Shown: in pieces, positions 11,010 through 21,100 of the stretch
Position numbering within the stretch: the first letter of the stretch is position 1
Layout: each line of letters begins with the position of its first letter
Assembly (NCBI GenBank): GCA_965240325.2
Contig: OZ251226.1
Span: 1,240,001-1,304,000 of the forward strand
Origin: Rebecca billardiae RCC1528
Lineage: Eukaryota; Protista; Haptophyta
Direction of reading: 5' to 3'
Length of the DNA stretch: 64,000 nt
Translations under genes and position numbers: made by a program
Notes under the pieces: model-generated
The model's database searches: none
The model's input: only the letters and a program-made list of their open reading frames with translations
What the model was told of the DNA's origin: nothing

Positions 11010-12050
11010 ATGCTACTCCTGACGTCGCTGGCCGGCGCGTTCTACGCCGCGTCGTCGCCGCCCTGCGTGCACGCCATGTGGCCCTCGCTGCTGCCCGAGC
11101 GCGACAAGCACATGCGCGCGCTCATGGCCGACATCCACGCGTGCGAGCCGGCAGGCGTCGTGCGCGCAACGCGGCTGACCGAGCTGCACCGCGAGAGCGA
11201 CGGGCGCATCACCTCGTCCCATCGCAACATGAGCGGGCCCGGCTTTCCCCTCGCGCGCGACGAGAAGCTCGGCGGCTCCGTCGCCAACGCCATCACGCAG
11301 ATCCGGATGATTCGACTGATCGCGCGGCGCGCCGACCTCGCGGACGACGACTACGTGCTCATCTTCGAGAACGACGCGGTGCTGCACCCGCGCGCGCGGC
11401 GGCTGTCGGCGGGGCAGCGCGCGCGGCTGATCACCTGGGCCATCGGCGCGGCGCGCGCGCGCGGCATCCACCAGGTCCACTTCGCCGTGTGCGTGCTCCG
11501 GCCGCACGAGTACGCGTGCAAGGCTGTCCGCCCCGAGCGGAGCGCCAAGCCGGACTGGCCGCCGCTGCACGCGTGCGTGGGCGACGCGCGCTGCGCGACG
11601 GCGTACGCGATCAGCAAGGCGCGCGCGCGCGTCGTCGCCGCCGCGTGGGACGCGCGCGCGCGCGGGAGCACCGAGTGCCCCGCGCGCGTGTGGGGGGGCC
11701 GCTCGTGCGGCCGCGACCCGTTCAAGCTGAACCGTTATCTGGAGCCTTGCAGCGCGCCGCCGGTCGGCGGGGCGGGCACGGCGGCGGCGCCGTGCCGCGC
11801 GCTGGTCGTCGGGCTAGACTGGGAGGCGCCGGCCCACCGCTTCACCGTGGGCGCCACCTCGCAGCGCGGCCTCTTCCTGCAGGACCGCGTCGGGTTTGGC
11901 TCGACGCTCAGCACGCAGCGCTCGGCGGGCGGCAAGCTCGTGCGCGTGCCGGCGCGCGCGCGCGCGCTCGGCTCGGCGTCAAGGCGCGGCGGCGGAGGCG
12001 CTGCAGGCGTGGCGAACTGCACGGCCGCTCGTGCGGCGTCGTGCGCGTGA
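11010..12050 (+). CDS. putative glycosyltransferase, GT25-like, with N-terminal signal
   Basis: YVLIFENDA (cf. GT25 LILEDD), CATAYAISKARAR (cf. TxAYxIS), hydrophobic N-terminus. Confidence 0.5.
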   Translation: MLLLTSLAGAFYAASSPPCVHAMWPSLLPERDKHMRALMADIHACEPAGVVRATRLTELHRESDGRITSSHRNMSGPGFPLARDEKLGGSVANAITQIRMIRLIARRADLADDDYVLIFENDAVLHPRARRLSAGQRARLITWAIGAARARGIHQVHFAVCVLRPHEYACKAVRPERSAKPDWPPLHACVGDARCATAYAISKARARVVAAAWDARARGSTECPARVWGGRSCGRDPFKLNRYLEPCSAPPVGGAGTAAAPCRALVVGLDWEAPAHRFTVGATSQRGLFLQDRVGFGSTLSTQRSAGGKLVRVPARARALGSASRRGGGGAAGVANCTAARAASCA

Positions 12051-12358
12051 GACGGCCGCCCGTTCGGCGCCACGCGGCCCGGCGGCGCACGAGCGATGCT
12101 CTCGTACGCGCCGCCGACGCCGCCGGTCGCCGCACCGGCAGGTAGCGGCACAGTGCGTCCGCCAGAAAAATGAGCAGGAAAAAGCGCGCGATGATGAAAA
12201 GTCAAAAGAGGTTAAAAAAGCCATCATCACGTCAACTCCCGGAGTGCCTTGGTCAGGTAGGGGGGCGCCTCCCGAGCGGCACCCTCGAAGGCCGGGGCGG
12301 CGGGCAACTCGGCGGCCGCGCCGCGCACACGCCGCCCCCAGGGGGCGGCGGGGAGGCG

Positions 12359-13448
12359 ATGAGTGATCTCAAGCGCATCCGAAAGGTGCGCGTGCCCCTC
12401 CTTGGCGCGCACCGGCCCCTGCGCCGCACCGCACGCGCCGCGGCGGGCGCGCGCGCAAATGACGCCACTCAACTCCCGCCGGCCCGCTGTGCGAACAGGA
12501 GTATGCGGAGTGCAAGAAGGACCCGCAGACGTCGGGGCTGGACGTGTCCATGCCCGACGATTCCAACCTGCTGCACTGGAAGGCCACCATCAAGGGCCCC
12601 ATCGGCACGCCGTACGAGGGCGGCCTCTTTCGCATCGACATCCAGCTGCCCTCAGACTATCCGTTCGTGCCGCCAAAGATGAAGTACGAGACGCGGATCT
12701 GGCACCCGAACATCTCGAGCGAGTCCGGGGCGATCTGCCTCGACATCCTCAAGAACGAGTGGTCGCCCGCGCTCACCGTGCGCACGGCGCTCATCTCGCT
12801 GCAGGCGCTCATGTCCGCGCCCGAGCCGGACGACCCGCAGGACGCGGTCGTCGCCTCGCAGTACAAGAAGAGCTACGAGGAGTATAAGAGCACGGCGAAG
12901 TACTGGACAGAGACGTACGCGACGGGGAACAAGGAGGACGAGTCCCTGCGCAAGCTCGTCGAGATGGGCTTCGAGGTCGAGCAGTGCAAGCAGGCGCTCG
13001 AGAAGTTTGGCGGCGACGAGAACAAGGCGCTCGACTCGCTACTGGCCGGACTCTCGTGAGTGGTGAGCGACCCCCGGACGTGCGTGGGGCTGTGCATGGG
13101 GCGGGTTGAGCCCGCGTGGCGGCGGCGCCGCGCGCGCTGCTGCCCGCCTGGCGCCGCCGCCTCGCACACGAGCGCGCGGCGCGGCATGCTCACGCGTGCT
13201 CGCGCACGCGCTGCGCCGCGCGCGCGCGCAGGGGCGGCGCGGCACCGGGCCAGTCAGCCGGCGGCGGCAGCTCAGCGCAGGCGGGTGAGACCTCGGCACG
13301 AGCAGGCGATGCGTCGAGCTCCGCGCAGCCAGCGGCAGGCACGTCGTCCGCAGCTCCGGCCGAGCCACAAAGCTCGACCACGCCTGCGCCGACGCAGCCC
13401 GCGGCTGAACCCGCAAAGCCGACGAGCTGCCAGTGCAACGTGCAGTGA
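12359..13448 (+). CDS. UBE2K: ubiquitin-conjugating enzyme E2, UBE2K/Ubc1 type, with UBA; join(12359..12385,12499..13055,13232..13448). The unspliced form ends at TGA 13059
   Basis: MSDLKRIRK|EYAECKK after intron 12386-12498; WHPNISSESGAICLDILKNEWSPAL; EPDDPQDA; UBA LVEMGF...ALDSLL. A GTGAGT donor at 13056 and CAG acceptor at 13231 add an exon ending SCQCNVQ*. Confidence 0.85.
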
Positions 13449-13924
13449 GCTGGCAGCGGCCATCATCAGGCTGCGGCATTGGCAGCTGGGGCTGATGCTG
13501 ACCACTCGCTAGTTGACGGCACCGACCCAGGCCGTCCCCATCAAACAGATCCGGACGATAAACGTAGGGCCATCGAGTCGGACCTGGCACTGAGTCCGAC
13601 GGTCCGCGCCCGAGGCCGAGTGACTCGAGAGGCAGGCCATGGGCCTCGCACAGCCCGAACGACTGGCTGCCAGCTGAGGAACAGAGGAAATCTGAACAGT
13701 GATGCTGATCGATGCTGAACTTTCTACATCGTCGCGTGCGACCGACCGCAAGCTTCTCTCGATCGGTGCTCGCGAGAAGGATTTGAGATTGTTCATGAGC
13801 AGGAGCCGGCCAAACAACGACGAATCCCGGCAGGCGACAACCCGTCGTGTCGATTCCGGCCAGAGGCGTCAAACGAGTTCAAAGATTCTCCGCTCCGCTT
13901 CGCGCATCGCAGGCGGAAGGAAGG

Positions 13925-16226
13925 ATGAAGCTCGTGCTGGCGGCCGTCGCCGTCCTCGCCACCGGGGCGCGTGCGGCAAAAGAGGACGAGTGCTGCTGGT
14001 GCGACAAGGCGACGCCGTCGGAGTTCCGCCGCACGCTCGACAGCACCGGCCAGGAGCACGAGCTCGTCTTCTCCGACGAGTTCAACGAGCTCGGCCGCGA
14101 CCTTGCGAACGGCAACGACGCGCGATGGACGGCAATTGACCACTCGGACTACACGAATGGCTCGCCGATGCGGTACACGCCGGCGGCGGTGACCACCGTC
14201 GCCGATCGTGGCGCCATGATCCGCACTTCCACCAACCTCTCCAAGCACGACATGATCTGGAAGGAGTACGACGAGCCGTATCACTCGCTGCGCCTCACGA
14301 CGACCAACATCTCTGGAACCGAGTACGCGAAGAAGGTGAATAAGACGTTCGCCGGGGGGATGGTGCAGTCGTGGAACAAGTTCTGCTTCACCGGCGGCGT
14401 CGTCGAGATCAACGCAAAGTTCCCGCTCGGCGCGGGCTTCTGGCCGGCGCTGTGGCTCTTTGGGAACCTCGGCCGCGCGGCGTTTGTCTCGTCGAACGAC
14501 GGCCTCTGGCCCTTCTCGTTCGAGGACTGCGACCCGGCGTGGGAGGAGCAGCCCGTGCCGGAGGACGGGTACGCGCAGCGCATCTCGGGGTGCAACGCCA
14601 CGCCCGGACCCGGCCTCCACCCGTACCAGGGCCGCGGCGCGACGGAGGTCGACATCGTCGAGGTCGGGAACATGCCGGTACGCGCGCGCGCGGGCTCGCG
14701 GCTGCGCGCGCGCGTGGCGCCGCCGGCGCTGTGCTGCCTGTGCGCGGGTGCGGCCGCCAGGCAGGCCGGCCGGGGATGACGCTGACGACACCGCCACCGC
14801 GCCGGCCGCGCGCGCTCGCAGTGGGGCGGCGACGGCTACCTCGTCTACTCCCTCCAGGTGGCGCCAAGCGTGCCCAGCCTGTTCGCGCCGGATCGGTTCA
14901 CCGAGCCGACCAGCTACAAGAAGGACGACGTGAGCGGGCGGTACGCATACAAGAAGCCAAAGTCGAGCGTGAAGGCGTCGTGGTACCCGGGCCTCAAGTT
15001 CGGCGGCAACCAGTCCGGGTACTCGTCCGTCATCCCCAACCCCAGCTGGTACGGTCCGGACTACGCAGATTGCATCTCGGTGCGCGCACGCGTGCGCCGA
15101 GCGCGCCGAGCGGCGCGGGGCGCCCGCCCGCGCGTGCGGCGCGCGAGCGCACGCGCTCTGACACGCGCGCCGCCCCACCCCCGCAGGGCGCGCTGAGCCC
15201 GGTGAAGGACCTCTCCGAGCGCTACTTCAAGTTCCGCCTCGAGTGGCAGGACGGCGACGGCGGCTACCTGCGCTGGTTCGTCGACGACGTCTTCATGTTT
15301 GAGATCCCGGACGAGGCGCTCGGACGGTGCGCGGCCGGGCTGGGCGCGCCGGGCTGGGCGCGGGGCGCGGCCGGATTGGGCGCGCCGGGCGGGGCGCGGG
15401 GCGCGGCCGGGCTGGGCGCGCCGGGCGGGGCGCGGTGGTGCGTGGCTGGGTTGTGCCCGCGGGGCGCGGCTTGGGGCGTGGGGCGGAGGCGCGAGGCAGG
15501 CGAGCGGGCTGTGCGCCCTTCTCGTGCGGCCGCGCTCTCACCGCCGTGCGCTCGTGCACGCGCGGCGGCTGTGTCCGTGTGCGCTTCCTCGCCCACCGCA
15601 GGTACACCGCCTGCGGCCAGTCGCCCGGCGAGTCGGACTTCACGTGCGAGCACTCGCCCAAGCGCAAGATGCCGAGCGAGCCCGCGTCGATCGTGATCAA
15701 CACCGCGCTCGGCACGTGGGACGGCGGCGGCGACTCGACGAAGGGGCACCTGCCCGGGTACATGTACATTGACTATGTGCGCGTGTGGCAGAAGGCCGAC
15801 GAGAAGAACGTCGGCTGCGACCCGCCCGACTACCCGACCAAGGAGTACATCGAGGCGAACGCGCGCAAGTACGGCGACCCCGCGATGCCGCCGGGCGACG
15901 AGACCTGCCCGGGCGTCTACCCAGCGGGCACCATCCGCACCGGACCGTCCGGTGGCGGCGGCGGCGGCAGCGGTGCGCATGTGCCCACGCCGCCCGGCCG
16001 CGGCGGCGCGCACAAGGGGCAGCGCTCGCCCGTCTCGGCACTTCTCATCGCAGCCCTCGTCCTCGGCCTGCTCACAGCGGGCGTGCTCCTCTTCGGCCGC
16101 GAGCGCGCGTCCGCCCTCGTCGGCCGCCTCATCCCGGGCGCGCGCAAGCCGACGCAGTACGGCGAGGTCTCCTCGTACAACGCACCGATCCTGCGCACAG
16201 AGCGATCGGAGGACTCGCACCTGTGA
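13925..16226 (+). CDS. KRE6/SKN1-type GH16 beta-glucan transglycosylase, type I membrane protein; join(13925..14677,14822..15079,15187..15326,15602..16226)
   Basis: Signal peptide; LVFSDEF; GMVQSWNKFCFTGG; GFWPALWLFGNLGRA; GRGATEVDIVE (ExDxxE); YMYIDYVRVWQ; VGCDPPDYPTKEYI; C-terminal TM. Three GT-AG introns restore frame. Confidence 0.9.
15331..15434. repeat. 3 x ~30-bp GC-rich minisatellite inside GH16 intron 3
   Basis: GCGGCCGGGCTGGGCGCGCCGGGC(T/G)GGGCGCGGGGC repeated. Confidence 0.7.
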
Positions 16227-16463
16227 AACTGCCTGTGTGTGAGGTGCCACTCACGTGGCGCTTCGGCTGATGAGTGATGGGCTGCCCACTGCGGGAGCCA
16301 CTGCCAGCCACCGATGTGACAATCACTGGCGAACCACTTACCGTCTTAGTAATGATACGCATCGGTAAGACTTAATAGCTTACGTGAATACGTCGTAGCT
16401 CTGAGCTACAGCCTGGTACTGTACAAGCAGTACAAAGTACATGACGATGTACAATGGATACGT

Positions 16464-17555
16464 ATGGACACAGTACAACCAAGCTACCCCGAGATCTCAA
16501 GTCCATGCATGATCATGACAATGGCGGCCGGCCGTCTCAGCGCGATGGCCGGCCTGCTTGCGATGCTTGTCAAATCCGTGGAATCGTCAAACCACGGCTT
16601 GGCTGACATTCGCGGGGCACGCGGGCAATTCGACATGCTGAAGGTTCTGCAGTTCCAGGATGCTCGCACCGGCGACGAGACGGTCCTCGCAGTGCGCGAC
16701 CGGTCGCGTCACAGGGAGCTTGTCGCCAAGCCCGTCGGGCGCAGGTCGAACCCGTGGACCCTGGCTGCCCTCTACGAGGCCAATCAGTTACTCATCGGCG
16801 ACACGCGTGGCATCATGCACTTCCCTGAGCCCTTCGAGCCGATTCGGCTCGATGGTGAGGGCTACTACAGCGTCCAGGAGTACTTGCGCGGTGTGCGGCT
16901 GCCACTTCTGTCCCCGACCGATGTACGCAGCGTCGTCATTCCAGACGAGCTCTCACGCGTGCCACGCTTCTCGTGCAGGGCGATCGGCGGTCTCGTTGAC
17001 GACATCACTTCGATCGCGCGCGTGATGGTCCTCGCCGGCCCCCTGCTCGTGTGTGACTTCCACGAGCGCAACCTCCTCTTTGTGGCTGGCCACCTGCGGC
17101 GCGTGGATGTGGACGACACGGCCTTCTTGTATGAGTGCCGCGACCACGCCTTCGCGACGAATTGCACATCTGCGATGCTCGTCCGCTGGGCTGATCACGT
17201 GCACGATTATGCGACACGCATGGTGAGCGGCCTGCGACTGACAGGCCGCGTGCGCACGTCTAGTTTGGCTTGTGGGCGGCGTGCCCTGGAGCAACTGAGG
17301 CAGGCACTCGATGAGATGGTTGGTGTGCACAGCATGGCCGGCATCGGTGGCGTCCCTTCGGGCTTCTCGCACTGCACGCGACATGGGCGGACGAGTGCAT
17401 GCGCCCAGCGGTTGGATCGCTCCCTCGGGCGTGTTTCACGGGCCCCATCTGCGCTGCGCATGCGCGGATCGATTGTGCTAATGATGGTCGCTGTGGGGCT
17501 GGGAGTCAGAGTGCTCATATGCGCTATGCCTGTAGCAGTGGGTCGTGGGACGTAG
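16464..17555 (+). CDS. putative atypical protein-kinase-like (PKL-fold) protein with N- and C-terminal hydrophobic segments
   Basis: LVAK (beta3 Lys), YEAN (alphaC Glu), VQEYL hinge, CDFHERNLL catalytic loop, RVDVDD in the DFG position. The true start may be a downstream Met. Confidence 0.45.
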   Translation: MDTVQPSYPEISSPCMIMTMAAGRLSAMAGLLAMLVKSVESSNHGLADIRGARGQFDMLKVLQFQDARTGDETVLAVRDRSRHRELVAKPVGRRSNPWTLAALYEANQLLIGDTRGIMHFPEPFEPIRLDGEGYYSVQEYLRGVRLPLLSPTDVRSVVIPDELSRVPRFSCRAIGGLVDDITSIARVMVLAGPLLVCDFHERNLLFVAGHLRRVDVDDTAFLYECRDHAFATNCTSAMLVRWADHVHDYATRMVSGLRLTGRVRTSSLACGRRALEQLRQALDEMVGVHSMAGIGGVPSGFSHCTRHGRTSACAQRLDRSLGRVSRAPSALRMRGSIVLMMVAVGLGVRVLICAMPVAVGRGT

Positions 17556-17699
17556 CATATAGCTAGCAGTATTGTCGTCGTGTGCCACAACCGCGTAGTA
17601 GTCACAGTACTGAACTGTAAATAGTAGTAGATGAATGCTGGCGCACGGCTGCGCACGCGCACGCGGCGGCATGATAATGGCGCGCTGTGGATTTTGTAC

Positions 17700-18188
17700 G
17701 GGAAAACCCCGGAAGTCCGACGAGGACCGACCGAGCAACCAGAACTCCGACAAACCTCCGCATCTCAGCACGGCGATTTCCGGACTGGCACCCCCGCCAG
17801 TTTTCCGACGGCCAGAAGCTTCGGGAGCGAGCAAATGGCGCCGCTCGCCCGCAACGCGGAAGATACCGCTCGCGGCGAACCGGCGCGAACGCCCGCCTTG
17901 TATTCGGGCGGAGTACCCTAATGAGCGGGGGTGGGTACTTTCGTATTGCGCGCAGCCTGACGCCCACCCGCGACGAAACGACGCCGTCGACTCCTCCCGC
18001 CCGGACCGCCGCCGGAACGTTGCTCGTCAATTAGTTAGAGAAATGCGACGCCGGGGGGCGCGCCGCAAAACTTGCTCCCGAGCTCGCCACGAGGGACGAT
18101 CGATGCCTCGCACGACGTTAAGGGGGTACGCCTGCCACGCGCGCGGGCGTCGTGCGCGCGCCGCGTGGTCGCGCGCGGCGCATCGCGC
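17700..18188 (+). repeat. left terminal inverted repeat (~489 bp)
   Basis: Reverse complement of 34969-35463, apart from a few substitutions, a 6-bp indel and a ~14-bp divergent patch near 18097-18110. Confidence 0.95.
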
Positions 18189-21100
18189 GCGCGTGTGTCT
18201 TCGTTCGCGCGCGCGGCGTGCGCTCGCGCATGTCGTCACGCCGTGCGTTCTGCGTCGTTGCGCGGCGTCGTGCCCGCGTGCCGCGCGCAGGCCGCCGCCG
18301 CCTGCGGGGACGACTCCGACTGCGACGAGCTTCGCGAACGGGGCTGCTGTGGACGTGGTGTACGAGCAGGGTGCACCGGCAGTCCGTGCTGTGGTCGCGG
18401 CGCTTGGGGTCGGCGCACACGGGCGAGTGCAGACGTACGTCCTCCGGGCTGCCGAGGGAGTGTCTGCTCATGCGTGGGCTGCGGTCCCTGGCGACACCGT
18501 CGGTGCGTCCGCGGATGGAACAGTCGAGGGCGCAGGCTCGTTGAAGAGGGTGCCAGCGGCGCACGTGCGTGCGCCGCCCGCCGGCGAGCAGTGCGCCGAG
18601 CAGGGGCAGGGCGCCGAGCAGGGCGCCGAGCAGGGCGCCCTGCTCGGCGCCCTGCTCGGCGCCGAGCCGGGCGCCGAGCAGGGCAAGCAGGCCGCCGAGC
18701 AGGGCGCCGAGCCGGGCGCCGAGCCGGGCGCCGAGCAGGGCGCCGAGCAGGGCGCCCAGCCGGGCGCCGGGCAGGGCGCCGGGCAGGGCAAGCAGGCCGC
18801 CGAGCAGGGCGCCGAGCCGGGCGCCGAGCAGGGCGCCGAGCAGGGCAAGCAGGGCGCCCAGCCGGGCGCCGGGCCGGGCGCCGAGCCGGGCGCCGAGCAG
18901 GGCAAGCAGGCCGCCGAGCAGGGCGCCGAGCCGGGCGCCGAGCAGGGCGCCGAGCAGGGCGCCCAGCCGGGCGCCGGGCAGGGCGCCGGGCCGGGCGCCG
19001 GGCCGGGCGCCGAGCAGGGCAAGCAGGGCGCCGAGCAGGGCGCCGAGCAGGGCGCCGAGCAGGGCGCCCAGCCGGGCGCCGGGCATGGCAAGCAGGCCGC
19101 CGAGCAGGGCACCGAGCCGGGCGCCGAGCAGGGCGCCGAGCAGGGCGCCCAGCCGGGCGCCGAGCAGGGCGCCGAGCAGGGCGCCGACGGCCGGCCGGCC
19201 CGCCACGGCAGCACGCGCGTGGGCGGCGGCAGCTACGCCGCCCAGGGCATCCAGCAGGAGGCTGCGGGGCAGCGCGGCGCGCAGGGGGCGGCTCACCACA
19301 ACGGGCGCGGCGGCGTGCGGACGCGGGCCATGCGCCGCCAGCCGCCACGTGCGCCACCCGCCGAAGCGCTGCCCGGCGTCACCTCGGCGCCGCCGGCGCC
19401 GCCGTCGGCGCCGACGGCGGTCGCAGGCGTCACGGCGGCGCCGGCGGCGCCGCCTGCGGCCGCCGGCGGCCCCGCGACAAGCGACGAACGCGCCGAGCCG
19501 CCACGCGCACCCGTCGCAACGCTGGCGCCGGCGCCGGCGCCGCCGCCGGCGCCGACGGCGGTCGCCGGCGTCACGGCGGCGCCGGCGGCGCCGCCTTCGG
19601 CCGCCGGCGGCCCCGCGACAAGCGACGAACGCGCCGAGCCGCCACGCGCACCCGTCGAAACGCTGGCGGGTGCCACCGGCGTCACCGCGGCGGCGCCGGC
19701 GCCGCCGCCTGCGGCCGCCGGCGGCCCCGCGACGCGCGCCGAACGCGCCGAGCCGCCACGCGCACCCGCCGAGGCGCCGGCGGCTGCCACCGGCGTCACC
19801 GCGGCGGCGCCGGCGCCGCCGGCGCCGGCTGCGGCCGCCGACGGCCCCGCGGGCGTCAACTCAGATGACTCCGGTGGTGCTGCCTCGGGCGAGGTGGCAC
19901 GGGCGGCGACGGCGTCGACCGCGACGCGCGCCGAACGCGCCGAGCCGCCACGCGCACCCGCCGAGGCGCCGGCGGCTGCCACCGGCGTCACCGCGGCGGC
20001 GCCGGCGCCGCCGGCGCCGGCTGCGGCCGCCGACGGCCCAGCGGGCGTCAACTCAGATGACTCCGGTGGTGCTGCCTCGGGCGAGGTGGCACGGGCGGCG
20101 ACGGCGTCGATGGGTGGAGCGGCGGCTGGCGCAGCGGGGTCGCACTCCCATGCACCACAGCAGGCGCCCGCCGCCGCGCAACCCGGCGGTGGCGGCCACG
20201 CGGACGACGGCGGCGGCGTCTACGGCAGCGGCGACGGCGGCTCACGCGAGCTGTTCGCGATGAGCGATGTCTTGCAGCACGTGGATCATTTCTTCAGCGG
20301 CATCTTCGGGAAACGCCGGAGGTTCGGCGGAGACACGCCCGCCGCGCCGGCGCAGGCGCACGCGCACGTGCTGGTGCGCCCCAGCGCGGTGGCGGATGCG
20401 GACGCGCGGACGACGAAGCACGGGCCGCAACCGAACAACGGCCGATTGGTGCCGGCCATCCTCAGGTTCAACCGCGCGTTCGCGTCACGGCATCTCGGCG
20501 GCGGCGGCGGCACGGTCCGCGTGGTGAACGTGGTGTGCGATGCCACGAACAACAAGCACTTCGGCGTGCTCACGGATGCCGACGCTGTGCGCGAGCTGTG
20601 CGCCTCGGGCGCCTTGTACACGCGCAGCGAGGTGGACGATGCGGTGCGCGAGTTCTACGCCGGCGCCGCCGCGAGCGTCGGCGGCTCTGTCTCTGAGCTC
20701 GCCCTGCGCGCAGCAGGCGAGCACTTCGGTGTGCACGGCCCGTTGCCCTACGTCCTCGACGCGGACGTGCGAGTCGCCTTAGCGGACGCTGAGGCCGACG
20801 ACGATGGCGTCGCAGGCGGCGACGCGCCCTGGGTTCACCGGGCGCTTGCGTTGCCCTCGATGCGGCGCTCGGGACAGGCGGTGTTCGGCCTCCCCGCCGT
20901 GGTTGCACAGGCGCCCTCCTGGTGCGCGCTTGTGCCCACGCCGCTGCGGGCGCCCGCTGAGCAGGGGACGTCGCCTTTGCTGCACGCCGCCGTGGCCGTG
21001 GTGGACTACCGGTCCGTGGACACCGACGACACCGACGAGTCGGAGCCCGTCGTCGGCGCGCACGCGTACGCCATCCGCTTCGAGAAGGGCTGGCGCCTCC

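Noticed and set aside
17635-18102. N-terminal 156 aa of the 2057-aa ORF, and mirror ORF 34893..35465
   Set aside because: These begin outside the element and read through the TSD/TIR; the shared peptide only reflects the inverted repeat.
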